Under the pieces are notes generated by a model. That model did not search any database. It saw only the letters and a list, made by a program, of their open reading frames with translations, and was not told where the DNA came from. A stretch of 64,000 bases of DNA from positions 32,001 to 96,000 of the IMG/VR virus record IMGVR_UViG_3300013426_000025. One strand, 5' to 3'. Numbering within the stretch: position 1 is the stretch's first letter; each line of letters opens with the position of its first letter. A program made the position numbers and the translations under genes. Below, in pieces: positions 20,606 to 31,482 of the stretch. Origin of the DNA: a virus (Duplodnaviria; Caudoviricetes).

Positions 20606-23600
20606 TTAATATAATATTATATTGGCTGTTGTTATATTATTTATGTTACTATTTATACTTCCTATAAAATCATCAGAAAAAGTATTATCTGATGTATTAG
20701 GTAAATATATTTTACAAGCAGCATCTGGCTCAAATAAATGACACCCTAATTCAGCACCTGTACAGTTAGTAACTTTAAATAATAATACTTTAGTGATAAT
20801 ACTAAAGAATACATACGAATTATCATAAGGAGCAAATGTATCAACAATATTTCCAACACCAAGTGCTGTTTTTACTTTAGTGGCAAAAGCCCCTTCTTTT
20901 AATATATAATTACTATCTGAAAATTGAACGTCTGTATACCAAATACCAGAACTTGATAATTTAGATGTTATAGTACAAGAACTATCGCTTATGTTATTTT
21001 TTTGTAAATTTAAATCGCTCTGGTTATTATTACCTACAAGTCTTATGCAGTTATCTGGAGTGTTTTTAAGTAAATCCACTAATTGTTGCTCTGTAATTTT
21101 ATTGACATCCTGCACTTGTGCAAGAATAGGAAGTTCTTTTATTGTTATTTGGTTTGTTAACACATCCATAGTAACAATTGTAGAAAACCCTTTCTTAAAT
21201 GTATATAGAGAGTTATCCTTACTATATATTGAATTATTATAATAGACTACATTTGTAGCATCACTCCAAATATTCAGACTTATGACAGCAGTAGACGTAT
21301 CTGCTAAGTTCACTATTAAAGTGAATGTACCAGCAGTTTTATAGGCTGCATTAGGATTTATGTAAATAAAACTACTTGTATCACTTAATTTTGTGCCGTT
21401 TATAGTATATACAACACTGTTATTTGGTTTTGGTACAATTGTAATATCTGGTGAAGAAATAGAAACAACATTGTCAGGGTCACTATTATTTTTTACAACC
21501 ATATAATTATTTGACGTAACAGCTTCTACAGAAAGATTTATAACAGACGCAGTTGTGACATTAGCAATTTTTGAATTAATGTTATCAATTTTAACTCCTA
21601 AATCGGTAACTTTACTATCTACCTGTGTTGAAGTATAATAACTGTTTAAAGTAGTAGTAGTAACCAAATTCTTACTTGTAACAATATCATTTATTTTAGT
21701 ATTTAAAGTAGTTTCATCTATTGTTGCTTCAATAATTTGATTATCTACATAATCCTTACTAGCTAATGTATATTCATCCATGCTATTAAGTAGAGCATCT
21801 CCTGATATTTTACCATCTCCATCAACATAGCAAAATACTGTATCAGAAGTTATGAAATTATTATCACAATCAGTCTTTGTATAATAATTACTTAAATCTA
21901 CAGAGGTACTGCCAGTATTTAAGTTTTTAAGTTTATTATCAATATCTGTTTTGGTATAGAAGTTAGTACCAAAGTCTGTGAGACTACTGTTGGTAACATA
22001 AGTGTTTTGAGCCGCTGTTTTAGTTAAATAGTTAGTTAATGCACTATTAGTAACATATCCTTTGCTGTCTAAAATATTACTAAGTGCAGTTGTAGTAACA
22101 TATCCTGAAAGATAACTGCTCATTGCTGTATTTGTTACGTAGCTTTTTAATGTATCAGTCAGTGAGGTTTTACTTGTATAATTATCAAGAGATGTTTTTG
22201 TAGCATAAGTATTAGCAGCATCAGTTTTCTTCAAATATAAGTTGATAGCACTTAATGTGTTCAAGGGTACAAGTTGTTTATCAGTATCATGTGCAATCAT
22301 TTGAATACTACATGTTTGGAGGAAAGTATCAATTGTAATAACAGCTGTAACTTCCTCATCAACAGCAACGCCTCTAGAAACATTATAAGGAGCATTAACA
22401 ACGTTGTCTATTAAAGTACCAAGTTCAGAGTTCATTTTATTAGTAAATGAAAACGTATACCCCTCAGCCTTACGGGTACCTTTAATAACTAAAACACACT
22501 TAGTAGAACCTCTATATTGTTCTTCTTTTGGTGCATTAATATTTATATTAAATGGTCTTCCTGCTTCCGAATTTGCTTCTGTACCATCTATAATAAACAT
22601 AAAGCCTGGTCTAGGTGTAAAATCAAATTCAGTACCTTCTTCTGAATCACCACTTAACCAATTAGGAATTTCTATAGCCACATCTCCTTTAATATCGAAT
22701 GTAATAGTTTTCTTAATATATTCAGGAAAAGCAATTACATTATTTATTGCTTTATTATCACAAATTATAGTATTTTCATCAGTACTAATACTTAAAAAAT
22801 TAACTAATTCGTTTGTTCCATTTGAATTTCCTTGATATATTTTTAATTTAAATTGTTCTGAAAAACTACTATTAACATAATTCTTACTTGCGTATGTACT
22901 TTCTGCCTCTGTTTTCTTCAAATACCCATCTAAATCAACACTGCCCCCAGTAGAAATATTTGCTAATTTAGTATCTATTTCTGATTTGTTGTAGAAGTTA
23001 CTTAAAGCTCTTATATCTACCAATACATAATCTGACAAACCGTTAAAATCACAGTCTTTATGGTCATCTGCAATACCAGTATCGTTTATAAGGAACTCCC
23101 AATCAGTTGTAACATAATTAACTAATATATCACCAATATTATCTTCTGTTAGCCACCCCCCATCTGCATTAATGGGCATATACTTATTATCACTCTCTGT
23201 CTTATTATAGAAATTAGGAAGAGTAGTTACTGACTTTTCTACTAATACAACATCATGGTTACCTTGACCTATCGAGCCATCATTGGTAATCTTGTTAGTT
23301 ATTGTTGAAAATGGTATTTTAGCATCACCCTTACTACCAGCAATATAAAAAAAGTCCTGTTTTACTAGTGCCTGCTGCTGAACAAATGGTATCATTTGTT
23401 CTACTTGCCACCTTTGTATATCAGCCATTGCAGATTGATTATTTGTTACTGTAGAACTTAACTCACTAAATTGAGTATTAGTTACATAATTACTGAGGCT
23501 ATTGTCTATAAGGGTTTGTACATCTTGTTCTGTCATAGTTTCTCCTCCTGGATTTGGGTTAGGGTTATAATTTTTTAATAATTTATCAATTTCACTTTTA

Positions 23601-23863
23601 GTGTAATAATTTTTGAATAAGTCTTTTACCTCATCGTTTGTTGGGTAATTATTTAATTCTTCTTTTTTTACAAAAGTATCATCTGCCTCATCTTTAGTAT
23701 AATGGGTAGCATCCTTTGCATCTACTTCTTGTTTAGTGTAGTAATTATCTATAAGATAATCTCTTACACTTCTAAGTTCTTCCAGTGCTCCTTGCAGCAT
23801 ACTGTTAATACTTCTATTAAATATAGAAGTAGCAGTACACCACATACCTTTTTTCTGTATCAT
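20606..23863 (-). CDS. Tail fibre / spike protein (1085 aa)
   Basis: Many [YF]YTKxE[IV]D and LxNY[VL]T repeats, beta-rich globular segments. Confidence 0.7.
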   Translation of the reverse strand: MIQKKGMWCTATSIFNRSINSMLQGALEELRSVRDYLIDNYYTKQEVDAKDATHYTKDEADDTFVKKEELNNYPTNDEVKDLFKNYYTKSEIDKLLKNYNPNPNPGGETMTEQDVQTLIDNSLSNYVTNTQFSELSSTVTNNQSAMADIQRWQVEQMIPFVQQQALVKQDFFYIAGSKGDAKIPFSTITNKITNDGSIGQGNHDVVLVEKSVTTLPNFYNKTESDNKYMPINADGGWLTEDNIGDILVNYVTTDWEFLINDTGIADDHKDCDFNGLSDYVLVDIRALSNFYNKSEIDTKLANISTGGSVDLDGYLKKTEAESTYASKNYVNSSFSEQFKLKIYQGNSNGTNELVNFLSISTDENTIICDNKAINNVIAFPEYIKKTITFDIKGDVAIEIPNWLSGDSEEGTEFDFTPRPGFMFIIDGTEANSEAGRPFNININAPKEEQYRGSTKCVLVIKGTRKAEGYTFSFTNKMNSELGTLIDNVVNAPYNVSRGVAVDEEVTAVITIDTFLQTCSIQMIAHDTDKQLVPLNTLSAINLYLKKTDAANTYATKTSLDNYTSKTSLTDTLKSYVTNTAMSSYLSGYVTTTALSNILDSKGYVTNSALTNYLTKTAAQNTYVTNSSLTDFGTNFYTKTDIDNKLKNLNTGSTSVDLSNYYTKTDCDNNFITSDTVFCYVDGDGKISGDALLNSMDEYTLASKDYVDNQIIEATIDETTLNTKINDIVTSKNLVTTTTLNSYYTSTQVDSKVTDLGVKIDNINSKIANVTTASVINLSVEAVTSNNYMVVKNNSDPDNVVSISSPDITIVPKPNNSVVYTINGTKLSDTSSFIYINPNAAYKTAGTFTLIVNLADTSTAVISLNIWSDATNVVYYNNSIYSKDNSLYTFKKGFSTIVTMDVLTNQITIKELPILAQVQDVNKITEQQLVDLLKNTPDNCIRLVGNNNQSDLNLQKNNISDSSCTITSKLSSSGIWYTDVQFSDSNYILKEGAFATKVKTALGVGNIVDTFAPYDNSYVFFSIITKVLLFKVTNCTGAELGCHLFEPDAACKIYLPNTSDNTFSDDFIGSINSNINNITTANIILY

Positions 23864-23866
23864 ATA

Positions 23867-24088
23867 TTATATATTTTGAGTATTTAAACAGTTATTAAAG
23901 CATTTAATATATTTATCCAAATAAATAAGGTCATCATCTTCCAAATAAGCAAGCACATCTTCATTATTAGATACTTCATTTATAAAATCAAGTACAATAA
24001 GAAGATTAAGTAAGCCTTTATTTATATGACCTCCTTCTTCTAATGCTTTAAAATAGTTCTCATACATAGTTAAAATAACATCATCCAT
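23867..24088 (-). CDS. Small tail-associated (hub-like) protein
   Basis: Tightly packed ORF upstream of the fibre gene. Confidence 0.45.
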   Translation of the reverse strand: MDDVILTMYENYFKALEEGGHINKGLLNLLIVLDFINEVSNNEDVLAYLEDDDLIYLDKYIKCFNNCLNTQNI

Positions 24089-24761
24089 TGCAATTACATT
24101 TACCTGTTAGTGTGTAAGAAACACTTGTACCTGGCTGACTATCTTGGTAGAACTTATTAAACAAATTCTTTGCTAATGTCCAATCTTGTACAGTAAGTGC
24201 AGCATTAAACATTCTATATTCTATTACTTTTTGTAATAATGCGTCAGGTACTTTATTACAAGATACACAATCATCACCTAAATATCTACCATACCTTACA
24301 ATATCAGCCATCATTTTCTCTTTATCATATACTGCAAAAGTAAGAGTAGAATCAGAACAATCCGCTTGATATTTTGCTTCTGTCAGTGGGTCTAACTTAA
24401 GAGTAATGAAAATAATATCATTGCTGTCAAGTTCTATACCATTCAAATAAGAACTGTCAAAACCATTCGTCCAACTAAAATTTGTTTTAAGTTGGTAAGT
24501 AATCATTTTATCATTTTCATACAATTTATTAAAGGCAATGTCAATCCAGTCTGCATAATCACTTTCTCCAATAGCAACAGAATAATCTATTATATCATAT
24601 AAAGAATCTGTTATTTGAGGATTGGTGCTTAAATTTTTTCCATGCGCAATACATATACTTTGAAAATACGAATTTTTTGGTATAGTCACTGTAAAAGTTA
24701 CAATTGGTTTATTATTTTCATTAGGTACAAATGATATATTATTAAGTGTTATTAAATTCAT
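24081..24761 (-). CDS. Tail-associated (hub-like) protein
   Basis: CxxC and terminal CxC (GKCNCNG); synteny. Confidence 0.5.
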   Translation of the reverse strand: MNLITLNNISFVPNENNKPIVTFTVTIPKNSYFQSICIAHGKNLSTNPQITDSLYDIIDYSVAIGESDYADWIDIAFNKLYENDKMITYQLKTNFSWTNGFDSSYLNGIELDSNDIIFITLKLDPLTEAKYQADCSDSTLTFAVYDKEKMMADIVRYGRYLGDDCVSCNKVPDALLQKVIEYRMFNAALTVQDWTLAKNLFNKFYQDSQPGTSVSYTLTGKCNCNG

Positions 24762-24776
24762 AACATTTAAAAAATA

Positions 24777-24810
24777 AAAGGGAGAACACTATAAAAGTAA
24801 TGCTCTCCCT
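24777..24810 (-). terminator. Intrinsic terminator
   Basis: AGGGAGA / TCTCCCT stem, T-run on minus strand, after the auxiliary capsid gene. Confidence 0.6.
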
Positions 24811-24826
24811 ATAATTAGTAATCTAA

Positions 24827-25810
24827 TTAAACTGTAGGTTTATCAACAGTAAGGCCAGCACCCTCAAGTGCAGTGACAATACTTGCAGTTACACCTGTTG
24901 CAGTAGTAGGAATTGCAATCAAGATGTCTTTCTCAGACTGCTTGTAATCTACACCTCTACCAAGATAGTTATGATGAATTTCAATAACATCATAAGATGC
25001 TTCCTCATCAATCATATACTTAGTAGGAATTACATTAGGATAACCCATCATTCTCAGTCTGTCACCTCTTTCACCCATGCAGAAGTACTCAGTATCAGCA
25101 AGGTCATAGCCATTACCTACTACAGTAGCAGTATCTTGAAGAACTACTTCCTCAATAGCAGGAACCTCATCATTATTATACATGATGTCATCTGCATAAA
25201 CTTTAAAGTAAACAGGTTTCATAGGAGTAAGACCTCTTACCCAATCTTGCTTCAATTCAGTAAGTTTAACACCAGTATAAGTACCAGTAAAGTCATCTAC
25301 CTTCTTGTCAGCAGTAACCTCAGTATTAGCAGAAGCACCTACCAACTCAATCTTGAAGAACTTATTAATCTCTCTAGAGAAATTCTTAGCAAGACTTACT
25401 GCAAGAGTAGCATAGAACTTACTCTCAGTCATACCAATAGTAGCAGCAACTACACCATACTTAGTGTAAATACTCTCATCCGAAATGTCAATATACTGAC
25501 TAATTGCTACTCTGATAATATAGTTCTGACCAGGTACAGGAACTACTTTACCACCCTCTTTAATGTTCTGATTCAACTTAATAGTTGCAGACTTCAAAGG
25601 TCTGTTCATCATTGCTGCTGTATATTTTGCAGCCTTTACACCATTAGCAGGGATGATATAATCACTTGTAATAGGACCAGCAGGACCTTGATACAAAAGC
25701 CATACTCTATCACCATTACTTTTTACTTCAATGTTACCAAGAGTGGTAGCATCTGCTGTGTTTGTTTTAGCCACATACATGTGTCTAACTTGGTTTGTTT
25801 GTACACCCAT
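24827..25810 (-). CDS. Auxiliary capsid / abundant structural protein
   Basis: NQVRHMYVA start, EYFCMGERGD motif; conserved crAss capsid module. Confidence 0.6.
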   Translation of the reverse strand: MGVQTNQVRHMYVAKTNTADATTLGNIEVKSNGDRVWLLYQGPAGPITSDYIIPANGVKAAKYTAAMMNRPLKSATIKLNQNIKEGGKVVPVPGQNYIIRVAISQYIDISDESIYTKYGVVAATIGMTESKFYATLAVSLAKNFSREINKFFKIELVGASANTEVTADKKVDDFTGTYTGVKLTELKQDWVRGLTPMKPVYFKVYADDIMYNNDEVPAIEEVVLQDTATVVGNGYDLADTEYFCMGERGDRLRMMGYPNVIPTKYMIDEEASYDVIEIHHNYLGRGVDYKQSEKDILIAIPTTATGVTASIVTALEGAGLTVDKPTV

Positions 25811-25827
25811 TTTTCAAAAAAATTAAA

Positions 25828-26550
25828 TTAAACATTAGATTGTCCTGCTTTCTTAGGCATCTTACTTTGTATAGCAAGATTTACTGCTCTTTCTAATATT
25901 GTTCTATGCAGTATAGGACTAACTTTACATTCTGTCTTTTTATTTATATTATCTATAGATAAACCAGTTGGTAAATCTGTTAGAATAATTGGAGTTGGTT
26001 TAGATAGGTATCTTACTAAGTATCTACCTATATTGTATTTAGAAATTAACTCTACTGCATCAGTACCTACATCAAGTCTGAGTACTCTCCTATTACTTGC
26101 TCCTTGAAAAGGATTTTTAGCAATTCTATAATATTCATCTTGTGTTACAGGAACAACAGGAATATCTTCCCCATTAAAACACATATCTTTATCATCTATA
26201 GTAACAGATTCATAAGTAATGAAAAGTAAGTCAGATGGAAGTTTATAGAAACTTGAGTTCTTAGATAATCCTATATAAGAACTTGAATTAAGTTTAGTAT
26301 TTACAGTATATGTTTTAACAAGACCGCTTAAATATCTTCTCAGTTCTTCTGACTTTTCAAAGGATTCTCCAGAAAGTCTTCCTGTATACAAACTTATTAA
26401 GATTGCTTCTTGAGCATTAGAGAGGAATACTGATTTTTCGTATTCATCCAATTCTATAGTAGTAGTGGTGGTAGTAGTACCAAAATCAAATTGTTTTGAA
26501 TAACTATCTAATAGAGAATCAAACTCATTGGAAAATTCTTCTGTTGTCAT
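25828..26550 (-). CDS. Ring (head-tail connector) protein, paralog 2
   Basis: MTTEEFSNEFD...LDEYEKSVFL...PIILTDLPTGLSI; clear paralog of the neighbour. Confidence 0.65.
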   Translation of the reverse strand: MTTEEFSNEFDSLLDSYSKQFDFGTTTTTTTIELDEYEKSVFLSNAQEAILISLYTGRLSGESFEKSEELRRYLSGLVKTYTVNTKLNSSSYIGLSKNSSFYKLPSDLLFITYESVTIDDKDMCFNGEDIPVVPVTQDEYYRIAKNPFQGASNRRVLRLDVGTDAVELISKYNIGRYLVRYLSKPTPIILTDLPTGLSIDNINKKTECKVSPILHRTILERAVNLAIQSKMPKKAGQSNV

Positions 26551-26561
26551 AATAAATTATC

Positions 26562-27332
26562 TTATTCTGCTCTGGTTCCTAATTGTGTAACAGATGCTAC
26601 ATCTCCTTGATATGCAATTTTAGCAAGTTCTACTGCTCTTTGAAGAATATCAGCGTGAACTTCTTCTGTAAGTTCACATCCTGTTTCTATACTTGTATTA
26701 TGAATCGATAATCCTGTAGGCAAATCAGTAAGAACAATAGGCCGAGGATATTTTACATATCTGATTTCATAGCCTCTCGCTCCTTCAGCAAACGTATTTG
26801 GTCCAGTTTGAGCCTTAATAAAGTTATCATTGTTACCAACAATGATTTGCGCAATTCCAGGAGAAGAAATTAATCTCCACGCTTGGTTCTTAAGAGGAAA
26901 CTTATAAGGTTTTGAAATAAGTCTGTTATATTCAGTATAAGTAATAGGAACTACACTAAGTCTTATTGTGTTTCCTCCCCTATTAACAATCATGTATTCG
27001 TTTAAAATTGCTATAGTATCTTTAGGAAATTCATAAAATTTAGAATCACCTTCTGTAATATTATTACCTAATCTAGTATTTTGATTACTTGCTAGATTAG
27101 GAATACTTGTAACAATCAAATTTGAAAAATCAATTTGTCTTTTTGCAGTATCATCAAAACCTTTCTTAATAGTATTACCTGTACTCTCAGCAGTAAAATA
27201 GTTCTTTACAATTTCATTCTGTGCTTTTGTAAGAAATACTGATTTCTCATATTCATCTAAACCAGGAGCCTGATTACTACTGATGTTATTATAGAGAACA
27301 TCAAACTCATTAGAGAACTCACTAGTTGTCAT
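26562..27332 (-). CDS. Ring (head-tail connector) protein, paralog 1
   Basis: MTTSEFSNEFD...LDEYEKSVFL...PIVLTDLPTGLSI. Confidence 0.65.
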   Translation of the reverse strand: MTTSEFSNEFDVLYNNISSNQAPGLDEYEKSVFLTKAQNEIVKNYFTAESTGNTIKKGFDDTAKRQIDFSNLIVTSIPNLASNQNTRLGNNITEGDSKFYEFPKDTIAILNEYMIVNRGGNTIRLSVVPITYTEYNRLISKPYKFPLKNQAWRLISSPGIAQIIVGNNDNFIKAQTGPNTFAEGARGYEIRYVKYPRPIVLTDLPTGLSIHNTSIETGCELTEEVHADILQRAVELAKIAYQGDVASVTQLGTRAE

Positions 27333-27338
27333 AGTATT

Positions 27339-28214
27339 TTATTTTTTCAGTTGAGCCTCAAGAGCAAATTTCATCTCTTGATTTTTAGGATTAAGCAAGA
27401 ACTTGATTGCATTATCCATTGTTGGGTCTTCACCTTCTCTACACATTGGTACTTTAGTCTTATCATTCTTATAATAATAGAAATCACCATTCTTAACAAC
27501 AAGACCATTACCAACAGATTTTTGCAACAAAATCATAATAGGCAATTTATCATTATTGATAATATCATATACCTTTTGTGCATCTTCCTCAATCTTCTTA
27601 TCAATCTCATTCTGAATAAACTCAATACTTGCATCATCAGATACTGCCCTACCATCAAGCATCTCCAATACTGTCTTAAGCATTGCAAAATCATCAGAGT
27701 TCTTACCTGCCCATTTAATACACTCAACTTTAATGTTTCTTTTCTTAGTCGCTCTTTTAAGTTCTGCTTGGTCTGATGTGATTACATAAAGATACGTAGC
27801 CAAAGGTCTCTCATCATAATCCTCTTGTGAAGGACAAATAAGGTTCTTATTAGCAAGCAAAACTTTATATTTAATATAATCATCAGGGTCAGTGAGGTGC
27901 AATACATTGTCTCCTTTGGACAGTTCTACCTTATAGTTATCCCAAAAGTTTACACCATTCTTTCTATAAGCACCCATATCTACATCATAGATACTTTCAA
28001 AATATGCTTTTTCTTCATTTGTAAGCACATTAACATAAGTACCTGTAGATTCCAAAATAGGTACAGTAAAAGTCTTTTTAGCACCCTCAGCCATACCACC
28101 ATACAATACATGATGGGGTTCCATAATAGAGCCTGGCTTTACTATAAATCTGATGATTAAAGTTTCATTTCTCAAGGGATTTACAATCCCATTTTCTTGT
28201 TCTCTTTCTTTCAT
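27339..28214 (-). CDS. Conserved crAss capsid-module protein downstream of MCP
   Basis: HVLYGGMAEGA, PDDYIKYKVLLAN motifs; synteny. Confidence 0.6.
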   Translation of the reverse strand: MKEREQENGIVNPLRNETLIIRFIVKPGSIMEPHHVLYGGMAEGAKKTFTVPILESTGTYVNVLTNEEKAYFESIYDVDMGAYRKNGVNFWDNYKVELSKGDNVLHLTDPDDYIKYKVLLANKNLICPSQEDYDERPLATYLYVITSDQAELKRATKKRNIKVECIKWAGKNSDDFAMLKTVLEMLDGRAVSDDASIEFIQNEIDKKIEEDAQKVYDIINNDKLPIMILLQKSVGNGLVVKNGDFYYYKNDKTKVPMCREGEDPTMDNAIKFLLNPKNQEMKFALEAQLKK

Positions 28215-28238
28215 TTTATCTTCTCCTAAAAAGTGAGC

Positions 28239-28267
28239 ATAAGGAGAGCCATTTATACTCTCCTTAT
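28239..28267 (-). terminator. Hairpin after the MCP gene (terminator or stabiliser)
   Basis: ATAAGGAGAG / CTCTCCTTAT perfect 10-bp stem. Confidence 0.55.
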
Positions 28268-28287
28268 ACCCTATGTTATTAAATTAA

Positions 28288-29805
28288 TTAACCTTGCAAT
28301 ACAGCAGGAATCAATGATACAGTTCTAGTTGGGTCAAGAACACAAGCACCCAAACTTGTCATAATATGTACTGTAGCACTATCCTCAGCATGGCTCATAT
28401 TAGGATTACCATACTCACCTGTATAAGGATTGTAAAGACCCCACTCATAACCTCTTGCCTCGGGTTTATTCTTTACAGTACACTTGAAGATATTAGCCTC
28501 TCTAGAGGTACCCATATCAAAGATGTCAAATCTGCTAGACATTGCAGGCTTACCTTGCAACATAATCTTATTTCTAACATTGTCATCATAAGATGGGTCA
28601 ACATCCAACTTAACATTAATTCCATTAGGAGCAATCCACTCTGTAAACTGATAACCAGCCTTCAAAGCATTAGGATGCAACTTAGATGTAGTCTTAGAAA
28701 CTGCACCAAGAGCAGCAGCATCCAACTCCATATTAAACCAACCACTTGTCTCTTCTTTTACTGCCTTATGGAACTTAATAGCACCAACTTGGCCAGTCTT
28801 CAAAACAAAGGTTCTCTGCTCCATACCAATAACATTTGTAGTCAAATCATACAAAATGTCATCCAACAAGTCCAGAGTAAACTTATTGTAATACTGAGTA
28901 TTTGCTACTTCAATCTGTCTGTAAATACCATCACCCATTCTGATGACTTCACCACCCTTATCGTAGTTAGTGTACTCACCATTCATATTTCTGTTACTTA
29001 CACCATAAGCCAATACATTAGACTTATACTCAGACCAAGTTTTCTCAAACTCCCAGTTCTCAATATGCATCCACATAGTCTCAGTGGTCTCTTGCATCCT
29101 ACCAGATTCCATTTGTCTTACCATAGGAATACCAAATGCAATCTTCTCATTGAACATATCACCAGAGAGTTTATCTTTCAATCTGATAGTAGTAAACTCA
29201 TTTCTCATAGAAGCAGGTGCTACATGTCTCACCCCGCCCACCTCTCTTGAGAGGCCACGTGCAACAGGTGCATAGTCATAAGAAAATTTCTTACCAGGAA
29301 GCAATTGTTTGGGGTCCATACCTCCCATTACATTACCCATCAATTCTACAGTATAAGAAACTGTAGTTCCTCTATACTTAGCAGGACCCAAAATTCTCAA
29401 AGGATAAACCTCATTAAGTTCACCCATGATTACCTCACCATCAAAGAACCAATCCTCACCAAATACAACCTCAAAAGGTGCTTTACCTTTACCTACCATA
29501 GTTGTAGTAGAGGTTGTTACTTTATTACCATTCTCATCAATAGCATAGAGCAATGGAATGTTTCTTCTAGACGAGCCAATAATATCCCATGTATAATCAT
29601 GGTCATTTTCAAACTCTTTAACAGAGAATTGAGAGAGGAAAGCATCCAAAGTCTTACCTCTATTTACAGCCAAAAGTTGTACCATTATATTGGTAGCCTT
29701 TTGGGGGTGGAGTTGCATAAAATACCCCAAGTGGTTTTGTTTAGTAACCTCTGAAGCCCAGCCTTGAAAAGCTGCTGCTTGAAATTTACCTAATTTTCCA
29801 GCCAT
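28288..29805 (-). CDS. Major capsid protein, crAss-like
   Basis: MAGKLGKFQ...PQKATNIMVQLLA...WDIIGSSRRNIPL, recognised as crAssphage-type MCP; 505 aa. Confidence 0.9.
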   Translation of the reverse strand: MAGKLGKFQAAAFQGWASEVTKQNHLGYFMQLHPQKATNIMVQLLAVNRGKTLDAFLSQFSVKEFENDHDYTWDIIGSSRRNIPLLYAIDENGNKVTTSTTTMVGKGKAPFEVVFGEDWFFDGEVIMGELNEVYPLRILGPAKYRGTTVSYTVELMGNVMGGMDPKQLLPGKKFSYDYAPVARGLSREVGGVRHVAPASMRNEFTTIRLKDKLSGDMFNEKIAFGIPMVRQMESGRMQETTETMWMHIENWEFEKTWSEYKSNVLAYGVSNRNMNGEYTNYDKGGEVIRMGDGIYRQIEVANTQYYNKFTLDLLDDILYDLTTNVIGMEQRTFVLKTGQVGAIKFHKAVKEETSGWFNMELDAAALGAVSKTTSKLHPNALKAGYQFTEWIAPNGINVKLDVDPSYDDNVRNKIMLQGKPAMSSRFDIFDMGTSREANIFKCTVKNKPEARGYEWGLYNPYTGEYGNPNMSHAEDSATVHIMTSLGACVLDPTRTVSLIPAVLQG

Positions 29806-29832
29806 TTTATTTCTAATTTAAAAGTTAAAGTC

Positions 29833-30960
29833 TTAAACATCTGCAAAGTCCCATCCCTTAAAATTAGCATTTGAATCTTTTGAGAATCCCAAATCAAGTA
29901 CACCTGCACTATTTCTTTGAGTGTTTTGAATAGCAGTTTCTAATTCAGAGATAGCCTTTTTCTTTTCTTTCTTTACAGCACCCTTAAACAGACTTCCAAC
30001 TTCTTTAAATCCATTTGTCATTTGGTAAATCAGACCTATAGTTTCTTGGAACTCCAAAGGATGCTCATTAATGTATTTATTCACAGCAGTAAGGTAATTA
30101 CCATCCTTACCTCTATAAGTAGGTTTAGTTAAAGCGTCAAAAGCCTTTTGTCTTGTAACATTATCAATCTCTAATTCACCAAACAGTTTTCTTTTACTAT
30201 CAAGCATATTAGTTTTCAATGTTTCAACATTCTTTTTAGTTTCAGCCTCTGCTTCTTCTTGTGCCTTCTTCTGTGTGTCAATTTCTTTTTGATACGAGTC
30301 CTTATAATAATTCTTCAGATTCTCAAGATACTCTTTTGCATCTTCTATATCAGTACCAGCACTAAAAGATTTGGTTGCTTCTTTCTCTGCCCTTTCCCTA
30401 CTGAATCCTTTATTAGTGAACTCTAACATAATAAGATTCTTTCTTAATGCTTCTCCATTATCATCTTCAGCAATAAGTTGTTCCTCAGTAATGGAACTTA
30501 AAGAATCTATTGCGTTTTGATATTGTTGTATTACAGAAGGTTCTACACCCGCATTAAGTGCTTCATCTGCTTTTCTAATTCTATCTTCCATACTAGCAGT
30601 AATTTGTTTATTTACTGCTGCATAAAGAGTTTCAGCATCTGTAATACCATCAATTTCTTCATCAGTAAGGTCAGGAAGAGTACCATCCTCTCTCATAAGG
30701 CTGGCAATGGAAGAGTATATTTTTGGAGAAGAACCACCCTTAATATCCTTAGGTTGGTCTTCTTCCTTTCCTTCTGTATCTTGCTCTTCATTACCTACGC
30801 TCTCTGGATGTTGTTCATCCTCAGTAATTACTTCATTTTCATCTGGTTCTTGTTCCTGTGTTTCTTCAACATCAGGATTTTCAATATCAGGAGAGCCCTT
30901 AAACAAATCTGCAATGGCTTCTTGTCCTGATAATATTCCTTCAACTTGATAACTTGCCAT
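29833..30960 (-). CDS. Acidic protein upstream of MCP (putative scaffold)
   Basis: Acidic disordered N-terminus, helical core, position. Confidence 0.6.
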   Translation of the reverse strand: MASYQVEGILSGQEAIADLFKGSPDIENPDVEETQEQEPDENEVITEDEQHPESVGNEEQDTEGKEEDQPKDIKGGSSPKIYSSIASLMREDGTLPDLTDEEIDGITDAETLYAAVNKQITASMEDRIRKADEALNAGVEPSVIQQYQNAIDSLSSITEEQLIAEDDNGEALRKNLIMLEFTNKGFSRERAEKEATKSFSAGTDIEDAKEYLENLKNYYKDSYQKEIDTQKKAQEEAEAETKKNVETLKTNMLDSKRKLFGELEIDNVTRQKAFDALTKPTYRGKDGNYLTAVNKYINEHPLEFQETIGLIYQMTNGFKEVGSLFKGAVKKEKKKAISELETAIQNTQRNSAGVLDLGFSKDSNANFKGWDFADV

Positions 30961-30984
30961 ATTTACTTCTCCTTAAAATTTTCA

Positions 30985-31015
30985 CAAAGTTATATAAAAA
31001 GATTGAATCCTACAA
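30985..31015 (-). promoter_or_regulatory. Bacteroidota-type promoter for the capsid operon
   Basis: TTG-N6-TCA-N11-TAACTTTG. Confidence 0.7.
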
Positions 31016-31056
31016 GTTGATTATAATTTTTATTATAAACACATAATAAAATTGTA

Positions 31057-31482
31057 TTATTCAATTCCTAAATATCCTTGTCTACAATGTTTACACAGAA
31101 ACTGCTTTGATTTCTTAAACAATATTTTACTAACATTTCCTGATAAATACTGTATTTCTTCTCCATAAGGATTTAGTTCATAATATTTTCCTATATGTGT
31201 TATAAGATGACCTTTTTCATGTTCTAATACATCTTGAAATTCATCAGGAGACGATGTAAGACCTATAACAATAAGCGTTCTCTTTAAAGAATAGTTTGTG
31301 TATGTAAATCCTTCATTATATCTACATTCATCAAGTAATCTCTTTGCCTTAAAGTATTCACTTGCACTTGGGTCTAACTCAAGTAAATCTGAAAGAATAT
31401 CATCAGTATAGTAAGTATCTACAGCATAATAAATCTTAACTGACCAATCATATTCTTTCAGATAAAACTCTTGAGTAATCAT
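31057..31482 (-). CDS. Small zincin-like metalloprotein (cassette gene 6)
   Basis: HEKGH...PYGEE; start MITQEF forms an ATGA overlap with the upstream stop. Confidence 0.55.
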   Translation of the reverse strand: MITQEFYLKEYDWSVKIYYAVDTYYTDDILSDLLELDPSASEYFKAKRLLDECRYNEGFTYTNYSLKRTLIVIGLTSSPDEFQDVLEHEKGHLITHIGKYYELNPYGEEIQYLSGNVSKILFKKSKQFLCKHCRQGYLGIE